From: Candidatus Zhuqueibacterota bacterium
GTDB taxonomy: Bacteria; Zhuqueibacterota; Zhuqueibacteria; Oceanimicrobiales; Oceanimicrobiaceae
Assembly (NCBI GenBank): GCA_029261995.1
Contig: JAJDAF010000030.1
Location: 28,671-92,670, forward strand
Direction of reading: 5' to 3'
DNA length: 64,000 nt
In this document: positions 1-8,300 of the stretch, one piece after another
Numbering within the stretch: the first letter of the stretch is position 1
How the letters are laid out: each line of letters opens with the position of its first letter
Notes under the pieces: generated by a model
Seen by the model: only the letters and a program-made list of their open reading frames with translations
Told to the model about the DNA's origin: nothing
Database searches by the model: none
Position numbers and translations under genes: made by a program

Positions 1-1637
1 TCCGGGTCGATGTCAAGCTCGCTGAGCACCTCTCGCCAGACATCAAGTTTTAGCTGATCCGTCCAGGCATCAAACACGCAACCACGTCGATAAGCCAGCT
101 CAAGCGCCCTGCTGAGCCTCCTGTCGCCACGCGAAAAAATCGCTTCCAGCCAGGAATGCTCCACGTCGTGCCACTTGAAGCGCAGCCTGCGGTACCGTGC
201 GATCTGGTTGCGCAGATAGACCTGCTTTTGGCGCAGAGTTTCACTGTCGTCGAGCCCAAGCCACTGAAACGGCGCGTGCGGCTTTGGAATGTGAGAAGAA
301 ACGCTGATGGTGACCTGCGCTTTTTTGCCGTGCTGCTTTTCGGCCAGATGTAGAATCTTGACACCCAGGTCAATGATGCCCTGCAAATCCGCTTGCGTCT
401 CCGTAGGCAGACCAATCATGAAATAAAGCTTTATGTGGCTCCAGCCGTTACGAAATGCCGTGGCGGAGCCTTCAAGTATCACTTCTTCGGTGATGCCCTT
501 GTTGATGACATCGCGCATTCTCTGAGTTCCGGCTTCCGGCGCAATCGTAAACCCGGAGCGGCGCACTTTCGAGAGGCTCTCCCCCAACTCGTCGGTCATG
601 CCGTAGACGCGCATGGAGGAAACCGCCATGGCCGCTCGCTTCTTCTCAAGCTCATCGCTGAGTTTCTGTGCGAGTGGGCCAATACAACTGAAATCGGCCG
701 TGGAGAGTGCGGTCAAGGATGCCTGACCGAACCCCGTCTTCTCCAGGCTGCTCATGACTGTGTTGATGATGTCCTCGGGCTTGCGCTCACGCACGGGGCG
801 ATAAATGGTGCCGGCCTGGCAAAAACGGCAGCCTTCGGTACAACCGCGCGCCACTTCAATTGAGACACGATTGTGAACAATGTCCGTGTGCGGCACCAGA
901 ATGTCGTCCGGGAAGGGATATTCGTTGATGTCTTCAACATAGGTACGTTTCACCGGAAACGGCGCGACCTCGCTGCCGGTGACGATTTGAAAGTCGGTTT
1001 CCGGGTCAATGGCCGTTTCGTAGAGCGATGGTACGTAAATGCCGGGGCATTCGGTCAAACTGATCAGAATGTCACGCCGGGAAAGGCCTTTGTCGCGCAG
1101 TTCGATAAAGCGGTCAACCACCTGCGGGAACGCGGCTTCGCCATCTCCAAGCAGAATGCAATCGAAGAAATCCGCCACGGGTTCAGGGCTGAAAGCACAG
1201 GGACCGCCGGCAATCACCAGAGGCGCGTTGGCGTCACGATCGCGAGAGTAAAGAGGGATGCCGCCAAGATCCAGCATCGCCAGGATGTTTGTGTACTCCA
1301 ACTCATACTGCAGTGAAAAACCAACGACGTCGAACTCGTGCAGCGGCGTTTGGCTCTCCATGGACACCAGCGGCAACCCGCTCTCGCGCAGCTTCTGCAG
1401 CATATCAATCCAGGGCGCGAAGCAGCGTTCGGCAGCGGTGTCGCCACGCTTGTTCAGGATGGAATAAAGAATGCGAATACCGAGGTGGGACATCCCGAGT
1501 TCATAGGTATCCGGGAAGCAAAGCACGACTCGTTTCGGAGCATCCTGCTTCGACTTTCGGATGACGTTCCACTCGTTGCCCAGGTAACGCACCGGCTTTT
1601 GAACTGAATTGAGGATATCTTGATAAATGTGCGGCAT
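1..1637 (-). CDS. B12-binding radical SAM protein (TIGR03960-like); 3' end runs off the window
   Basis: Absent from the ORF track, so translated by hand from ATG at 1637: MPHIYQDILNSVQKPVRYLGNEWN...CFPDTYELGMSHLG...ERCFAPW...FDVVGFSLQYELEYTNIL. CxxxCxxC motif IEVARGCTEGCRFCQAG at about 810-860. Confidence 0.88.
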   Translation of the reverse strand, partial: MPHIYQDILNSVQKPVRYLGNEWNVIRKSKQDAPKRVVLCFPDTYELGMSHLGIRILYSILNKRGDTAAERCFAPWIDMLQKLRESGLPLVSMESQTPLHEFDVVGFSLQYELEYTNILAMLDLGGIPLYSRDRDANAPLVIAGGPCAFSPEPVADFFDCILLGDGEAAFPQVVDRFIELRDKGLSRRDILISLTECPGIYVPSLYETAIDPETDFQIVTGSEVAPFPVKRTYVEDINEYPFPDDILVPHTDIVHNRVSIEVARGCTEGCRFCQAGTIYRPVRERKPEDIINTVMSSLEKTGFGQASLTALSTADFSCIGPLAQKLSDELEKKRAAMAVSSMRVYGMTDELGESLSKVRRSGFTIAPEAGTQRMRDVINKGITEEVILEGSATAFRNGWSHIKLYFMIGLPTETQADLQGIIDLGVKILHLAEKQHGKKAQVTISVSSHIPKPHAPFQWLGLDDSETLRQKQVYLRNQIARYRRLRFKWHDVEHSWLEAIFSRGDRRLSRALELAYRRGCVFDAWTDQLKLDVWREVLSELDIDP

Positions 1638-1682
1638 CGCTTGTTCTGCTCTATTTCTGTGCGTCACAATTCTACGTAATGT

Positions 1683-1911
1683 CTAGCCGGTTGACGCGAC
1701 CAGATTGCGCAGTTTGGCCAGATTCTCCTGGTCCTTCTCCGGGCCTCCAGGTGTCTCGAGAATGAAAGGCACGTCCCGGAGGCGCTCATCATTCACCAAC
1801 AGCCTGAAGGCCTCGAGCCCCAATTCGCCGGCTCCGATGTTATCGTGGCGGTCTCGTTTGCTACCGAGTCCGAACTTGGAATCATTGGCATGGATGACTC
1901 CGACTTCTTCC
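1683..1911 (-). pseudogene. Duplicated 3' fragment of nfo (about 75 codons, no own start)
   Basis: Translates EEVGVIHANDSKFGLGSKRDRHDNIG...ETPGGPEKDQENLAKLRNLVASTG*, nearly identical to the C-terminus of nfo at 2855-3709. Confidence 0.85.
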
Positions 1912-2037
1912 GAGGTTTTGATAAACATAGGGGAATAGTTGATGACACACAAACGTTTTGTGATTCCTTGCTAACTGAGATCAGACGGAAACCAGTACCG
2001 ACTGTTGGTATTAGCCGTCCCGTATTTTTGAAAGTCT

Positions 2038-2358
2038 CTAGCCCCGTCTCATCTGCGCTGAAGCTGTTGTTGAGGCAATTACTAGTTTTTCTACTTCATC
2101 AAGGTTTATTTTTTGCTTTGTCTGCCAAAGATTGTAATTGTTTTGCATTATTAACCAACTCTCAGGCGAACGCCCGAGTGTTTTTGAAAGCCGTAGCGCC
2201 ATTTCAGAGCTAATATTGCTTTGGCCTTTAATGAGTCGATTGAAAGTTGAAGGCGCCACCTTGAGCTTCCCAGCGACAGTGCGGTAGCTTATGTTGAGAT
2301 GCTCAAGATAAATTTCCCGTATAAACTCGCCCGGATGTGGTGGGTTATACATACTCAT
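2038..2358 (-). CDS. higA: HigA-family antitoxin (Xre HTH)
   Basis: MYNPPHPGEFIRE...ISSEMALRLSKTLGRSPESWLIMQNNYNLW signature; TAATG overlap with the upstream toxin. Confidence 0.93.
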   Translation of the reverse strand: MSMYNPPHPGEFIREIYLEHLNISYRTVAGKLKVAPSTFNRLIKGQSNISSEMALRLSKTLGRSPESWLIMQNNYNLWQTKQKINLDEVEKLVIASTTASAQMRRG

Positions 2359-2636
2359 TAGTGATAATCCTCATAGTTGACTTCATATACATCGCCATCT
2401 CGAAATGTCAAGGTGATACGCCAATTCTTGCTTACATCTATGGCCCAAAATCCTTTCATCTTTCCCTTCAATGGATGCAGACGAAATCCTGGTAAATCCA
2501 TATCTTCAATCACAGTTGCGGTATCAAGCGCTGCTAAACGTATTCTAAGCTTCTGTTTATGCGCAGGCTGAATGCCTGCGGTATTGCCTGTTTCAAAATA
2601 TCTTTGCAGTCCTTTGTGCTTGAATGATTTTACCAT
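2358..2636 (-). CDS. higB: HigB-family (RelE/ParE-like) toxin
   Basis: MVKSFKHKGLQRYFETG...DMDLPGFRLHPLKG...WAIDVSKNWRITLTF...VNYEDYH; toxin-first order. Start moved to ATG 2636. Confidence 0.93.
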   Translation of the reverse strand: MVKSFKHKGLQRYFETGNTAGIQPAHKQKLRIRLAALDTATVIEDMDLPGFRLHPLKGKMKGFWAIDVSKNWRITLTFRDGDVYEVNYEDYH

Positions 2637-2644
2637 ACAAGCTA

Positions 2645-2672
2645 AATATAAAACATTTTGCGCAACACGCAA
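2645..2672 (-). promoter_or_regulatory. Putative higBA promoter with overlapping palindromic operator
   Basis: Minus strand TTGCGT-16nt-TATATT, 8 nt before the ATG. Palindrome TTGCG-N5-CGCAA (2658-2672) overlaps the -35 element. Confidence 0.55.
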
Positions 2673-2854
2673 CAGAGAGGACCAAGATATTCCGCCGCCG
2701 TGCAATTCAGACGCGCACCCGACTCTGAACTGCGAAAAATAGAAACGTCCTCAAATCCTTTCATCATCGACCCGGCCGATTACCCGAGAGCTAACTTGGT
2801 AGTTAAATAAAAGCTGCTTAAGGCGGTCACCCGCCACTCCCTTGACCTTCCGTT

Positions 2855-3709
2855 TCACGCTACCAGATCGCGGAGTTTGGCCAGATTCTCCTGATCCTTC
2901 TCCGGGCCTCCAGGTGTCTCGATAATGAAAGGCACGTCCCGGAGGCGTTCATCATTCACCAACAGCCTGAAGGCCTCGAGCCCCAATTCGCCGGCTCCGA
3001 TGTTATCGTGGCGGTCTCGTTTGCTACCGAGTCCGAACTTGGAATCATTTACGTGAACGATTCCGACCTCTCCCGCACTAAGCAAGTCGTCAAGCTGCGC
3101 CAGGGTCTTTTCGTAGCCGCCAGGGTTGCGTAGCTCATATCCGGCGGCAAAAATGTGGCACGTGTCGATGCAAAATCCAACCCTTTCACGCGCTTCAACA
3201 CCGTCTTTGATGGCGGCGAGTTGCTCAAATGTGTAGCCCAGGTTCGAGCCCTGTCCCGCAGTTGCCTCAAGAAGCACCTTTGTGCCACAATCGGGCAATT
3301 GCGCCAGGACGACATTCAGGCTATCGGAAATCTGTTTCATCCCGTTCGCCTCTCCCTCGCCCAAGTGCGAACCGGGATGTACCACTAAGAACGGAATACC
3401 GAGTTGATCCGCCCTGTGTAACTCTGTCGCAAAGGCATCGTGGGACTGTTGCAGCTTGAACGCATCGAACCCGCCAAGGTTAATCAGATAAGAGGCGTGC
3501 ACGCACACTGCTTCGACGCCGGTGCGGATTTCTTCCTGTTTAAACCGCTTGATGTCTTCATCTGCGAGCGGTTTCACACGCCACTGGCGCTGGTTCGTGG
3601 TGAAAATCTGCACCAAATCGCAGCCTGACTCCACGCCGTTTTGCGGTGCTTTGAACACGCCGCCAGAAATCGACACGTGTGCGCCGAACCGCGCTTTCCC
3701 GGTTGCCAC
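2855..3709 (-). CDS. nfo: Endonuclease IV (AP endonuclease family 2)
   Basis: GAHVSISGG, QIFT, HASYLINL, HPGS, LLEATAGQG, CIDTCHIFAAGY, HVNDSK, DRHDNIG and ETP motifs. Confidence 0.95.
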   Translation of the reverse strand: MATGKARFGAHVSISGGVFKAPQNGVESGCDLVQIFTTNQRQWRVKPLADEDIKRFKQEEIRTGVEAVCVHASYLINLGGFDAFKLQQSHDAFATELHRADQLGIPFLVVHPGSHLGEGEANGMKQISDSLNVVLAQLPDCGTKVLLEATAGQGSNLGYTFEQLAAIKDGVEARERVGFCIDTCHIFAAGYELRNPGGYEKTLAQLDDLLSAGEVGIVHVNDSKFGLGSKRDRHDNIGAGELGLEAFRLLVNDERLRDVPFIIETPGGPEKDQENLAKLRDLVA

Positions 3710-3979
3710 CTAGCGCGCCAACCCGAGTTTTGAGATGAGTTTTTCAAAAAACGGAATTTGGTTCTTCAATGTTCCGTTTTGCTTTTGCTTGAGATAACTC
3801 GTCAGGGCCATCAGGAAGAAGCAGAACCCAAAGAGCAAACAGAAGAGTCCGACCATTGGCAGACTGCCTGACGCAGTCATGGCCAGCATAAGTTTTGAGT
3901 ATTCCAAAATGCGGATGAAAAAATAGATGCAGCCGATGAAGGCCCCCGCCTGCACCAGCCATCGTAGATTGAATTTCAC
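3710..3979 (-). CDS. Small membrane protein of unknown function (2 TM)
   Basis: 89 aa with two hydrophobic segments; overlaps the trxB stop and abuts the nfo start. Confidence 0.7.
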   Translation of the reverse strand: MKFNLRWLVQAGAFIGCIYFFIRILEYSKLMLAMTASGSLPMVGLFCLLFGFCFFLMALTSYLKQKQNGTLKNQIPFFEKLISKLGLAR

Positions 3980-4911
3980 TCCTGCGCCTCAAGCCATCTC
4001 TCGGCGTCGATTGCGGCCTGGCAGCCCATGCCGGCCGCGGTGATCGCCTGACGGTAGGTGTGGTCCGCAACATCGCCGGCGGCAAACACACCTTCGACAT
4101 TGGTCATTGTGCCTTTGGGTTGCACGATGTAACCGACATCGTCCAGCTCAATTTGCCCTTTGAAGATTTCTGTATTTGGCCGGTGGCCAATGGCGACAAA
4201 GACGCCATCCACCTCGCGCTCAGTTAGCGTGCCGGTTTTCACATTCTTGAGCGTGACGCCGGTCACGTCATTTTGAGCAGGATCGTGAATCTCTTCGACC
4301 ACCGAATCCCAAATAAAATCAAGCTTGTCATTCTTCATCGCGCGGGCCTGCATGAATTTCGACGCGCGCAGCTCGGCCCGCCGGTGAACCAGGTCTACCT
4401 GGCTGGCGAATTTGGTCAGGAAGGTCGCATCTTCAATGGCGGTGTCTCCGCCGCCCACAACGATGACTTTCTTGTCGCGATAAAAGGCGCCGTCGCAGAC
4501 CGCACATGTCGATACACCGTGGCCCATGAGCTTCTTTTCAGAATCCAGCCCAAGCAGTTGGGCGGAGGCGCCGGAAGCGATGATGACGGATTCGCTAAAA
4601 TGCTGCCTGTCGCCAACCTGAACCTTAAATGGCCGCTGCGAGAAATCGACGCTGGTGATGGCGTCCCAGACGATCTCCGCGCCGAATCTTTCAGCCTGCT
4701 CGCGCATTGAATTCATCAAATCCGGACCCATGACGCCATTGGGGAAACCAGGATAATTTTCAACATCCGTGGTCAAGGTGAGTTGGCCACCAGGTTCGGG
4801 CCCGGCAAATAGAAGCGGCTTGAGATTGGCGCGCGCAGTATAGGTTCCAGCCGTGTATCCCGCTGGGCCGGAGCCGATGATAATGACATTTCTTACTTCT
4901 GAATTGCTCAT
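3976..4911 (-). CDS. trxB: Thioredoxin-disulfide reductase
   Basis: IIGSGPAG, GGQL, ENYPGF, CAVCDG redox motif, VVGGGDTA, GVFAAGDV, QAITAAGMG. Start taken at MSNSEV (4911). Confidence 0.96.
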   Translation of the reverse strand: MSNSEVRNVIIIGSGPAGYTAGTYTARANLKPLLFAGPEPGGQLTLTTDVENYPGFPNGVMGPDLMNSMREQAERFGAEIVWDAITSVDFSQRPFKVQVGDRQHFSESVIIASGASAQLLGLDSEKKLMGHGVSTCAVCDGAFYRDKKVIVVGGGDTAIEDATFLTKFASQVDLVHRRAELRASKFMQARAMKNDKLDFIWDSVVEEIHDPAQNDVTGVTLKNVKTGTLTEREVDGVFVAIGHRPNTEIFKGQIELDDVGYIVQPKGTMTNVEGVFAAGDVADHTYRQAITAAGMGCQAAIDAERWLEAQE

Positions 4912-5330
4912 GTTTCTTCCTGTTTTCTGTTCACAACCTGTCCTTTGTGGCGCTCGTTCGCCACGAAGGTTGCAACAATCGGCCCGCCGTATCATTCCCT
5001 GAAATGCTTATGAAGCGGCCATTTGCGTTCATGCCCGGCAGACTATGTTCAAACAGCAATAATAATACTTCCACTATGTAAATGCAAGCAAAAACCCGAC
5101 GGGTCAGATTTCATTTGGAATTCATTGATACGCCCATTAACTTCAGTTGCGCTACATCACGAATTGCTGGAGATTGTCAGAATTGCGACATCATTAGATA
5201 TGGGATTGAGATGCTGCCCATTTGGTGGGAAGCCTTTTGAAAACACCTTATATATTAAAGACCTAAGGCTTGCAATACAGGCCTTATTCGGAATCCAGGC
5301 TAAACTAAAGATGGGGCTCGAGGCCAGGGT

Positions 5331-8300
5331 ATGGCAACAGTAGATTTGAAATCACAGACCGGACAGCTCGATCCGGATTCAATTGGTGACCTGTTACAGA
5401 TACTCGATGAGCGGGGCGCAGCCTCAATCAAGACCGCCCGTGAGCTGGAACTGGACACCCTCTTCGAGGTCGGCAGGCGGCTGGTGGGTGATGTGCAGAA
5501 ATGCACCGGTGAGGAGTGTCAGGCCGCCGAATCCAGGCTGTTACGCTTTTTGAGCGTGGCGCGACGACCAGGCCTGTTGACCCGAATCGCAGGGGACGAA
5601 CGTCAGGATGAATGGTTTGCGCTCGTTCTTGACGCCATCATCGCATGCAATTTCACGACGGGCAAGCTGTTCTTACAGCGTGTTGGCGAGTACGGCAACA
5701 AGACGGTGTTTAAGACCCTCACGAGGCGCAATGTCGCCGACACCTCCTGGTCACAATTGCGCCAGCACGTTTTCGCTGTGGCAAAAGGCCTGATGGCCCT
5801 GTCCGAGGAGTATGGGGCGGCGGGCGCCAGGTGCCGGGCTGCCATCCTGTCGGAAAACACCCTCGACATGGTGGCGTTTGACCTTGCCTGCCTGACGTGC
5901 GGCTTCGTGAACGTGCCACTCCCGGTAAATGCTACACCTCAAACCATCCGGTTCATCTTGGACCATTCACATTCCGACCTGGTATTCATCTCCAAAGATG
6001 GCAGGCTGGCTGAGTTTATGGGAACTCGAGGCCAACTCAAACATCTGAAGCTGACTATCGCTCTAAACACCAGCAAACCGCTCGACGACGACGATTTGAT
6101 CAGCTACGATGAATTCCTGCACAAAGGTGACCATTTACCAGACAGTGCGGTAATTGACGCCATCGAGGCAGTTGGCATTGATGACCTGGCCACCATTATG
6201 TACACTTCCGGCACAACCGAGATGCCAAAGGGCATCAAGTTCTCGCAACGTAACATTGTCAGCAAGCGTTTTGCGCGAGCCATTGCGCTGCCCGAAATTG
6301 GTGACCAGGACCGCTTCCTGTGCTACCTGCCGCTGTTCCACACGTTTGGCCGCTACTTCGAAATGATGGGAGCCATTTTCTGGGGCGCGACCTATATTTT
6401 CATCGACAACACCAAGATTGAAACGATCATCGACAACATGCGCCTGACCGGACCGACCGTGTTCATCAGCATTCCCAGAAAGTGGATTCAACTCTACGAA
6501 AAAATCAGTGAGAGAATAGATGTTGAGAATGCCGAGACCGCCACAGCGGCATCGGTTGTGCGCGACATCACGGGTGGTCGCCTCAAGTGGGGGCTGTCCG
6601 CGGCCGGCTATCTCGACCCGGATATTTTCCGCTTCTTTCAGGAGTGCGGCACGGAGATCATGAGCGGCTTCGGCATGACAGAAGCCACTGGCGGCATTAC
6701 CATGACCCCGCCGTCCGGCTACCGGGAGAATTCCGTGGGCGTAGCCCTGCCAGGAATCGAACTCAAGCTTGCAAAAGATGGCGAAATGCTCATCCGCGGC
6801 CCCTACGTGACCATCGGATACCTGGACGACGAGCATAGCGGCCTCGAAGACGGCTGGCTGCGTACGGGGGACATTTTCAAGCAAGACAGCCAGGGCTTCT
6901 ACGAAATCATTGACCGCAAGAAGGAGATCTACAAAAACGTTCAGGGCGAGACCATCTCTCCTCAAAAAATTGAGAACCTGTTTAGCGACTTTGAGGCGAT
7001 CAAACGGGTTTTCCTGGTCGGCGACCACCGGGAGTTCAATACCCTGCTCATCCATCCGAACTACGACTTCGGAGAAGTCAATCTTCGCAAGATGAACAAG
7101 GACAAACTGAAGGAATTCTTCGGCTCCTTCGTGGTAACCGTGAATCAATTTCTGGCGGCGTACGAGCGCATTGTAAATTTCGCGCTGATCGACAGAGATT
7201 TCGAGGCCGAGCGCGGTGAGCTGACCGCAAAAAACACCTACAAACGCAAGGAAATTGAGAAAAATTTCGCATCCGTGGTCGATGACATGTACGCCAAGGA
7301 TTTTGCGCCCCTGACCATCGATGGCTTTGAAATCCGGATCCCGGCCTGGTTCCTACGTGAAAAAGGCCTGACCGCGGACGACCTGAAGATTGCTGGTTCC
7401 AAATTGATGCTCGCGCGCACTCAGTCGCATCTGCAGGTCAAGCGCTTGTCGAGATCCTCGTGCTGCCAAATGCAAATCGGAGACTTCGTGTATCAGACCA
7501 GCAAACCTTTCCTGAATCTGAGTGCCATCATCCGGGACGCATCGCTGCTCATCGGCAATATCGAGTTGGCGGAGTTTGTTGGCCGCGAGACACTGCGCAG
7601 ATCACGACCGAGACGTGCGTTGGACGACATTTCACTGATGCCGGCCGCTGCGGATGGATTGTCGGCGGAAACTCCGCGGGAAATTGAGCGGTTGCTGGCG
7701 GCGAACGAACTGACCGTGTTCGGCATTCACCTGGCCGCGCGCGTCCTGCAATCCCGGCAGGAGAAGCCCGGCCTGGAAGCCATCGATTATCTTGAAGCGG
7801 TCATCCTGGACCGCAGCGAGAAAACGCTCGAATTCGCCAGGCTGGTCTTGCTGCGCACCTTCGGCTCCGCCAGTGCGGCGATCAAACGCCGGGCCTTCTG
7901 CGTTCTCGTCACCACTGAGAAACGGGACCTGCTTACTCCTGTTCTGAACCGTTTCCTTTTGACTGAACACAACACTCTCAACGCTGACCTTATCGACCGC
8001 CTCAGCAAGCACGATTTCTCCAGAGACCAACTGCGCAGTGTTCTGAACTACGTATCTGAATGCCTGCAAAAAATTGAACGCGGTGAGGAGAAGCCCTCTA
8101 GATATCCTATCCGCGAGCTGCTCAAATTGGTCACATTCTACGGCATCAACCATCCGGTTTCTTACAAAGCGATACGGGCGGAACTTGTTCGCTGGCACCT
8201 CAACATCGACGACCGGAGCCTGAAAAAACAGGCCTACGACTGCCTGCAGGCGCTGCTCCAAGGGTTTCGCGGCTGGCTGGGAGCCAATCCGCAGGTTGCA

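Larger units (their letters stand above)
1695..3074. repeat. Direct repeat of about 215 bp (1695-1911 vs 2858-3074, offset 1163) flanking higBA
   Basis: Core 1711-1886 vs 2874-3049 is 176 bp with 3 mismatches by manual alignment; the flanks are homologous but more diverged. Confidence 0.93.

Noticed and set aside
50-1607. Several short ORFs in the track
   Set aside because: All are off-frame or antisense to the radical SAM gene, which the track missed because it has no stop in the window.
2780-2810. Possible dif/Xer site (GTTAAAT) in the higBA cassette
   Set aside because: Only part of the XerD arm matches and there is no XerC arm.
5023-5343. 106-aa ORF in the divergent trxB intergenic region
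   Set aside because: AT-rich promoter-like region with a TTG start and no motifs; likely spurious.
6135-7148. 337-aa minus-strand ORF and similar antisense ORFs throughout
   Set aside because: They lie opposite well-supported genes, as expected in GC-rich coding DNA.
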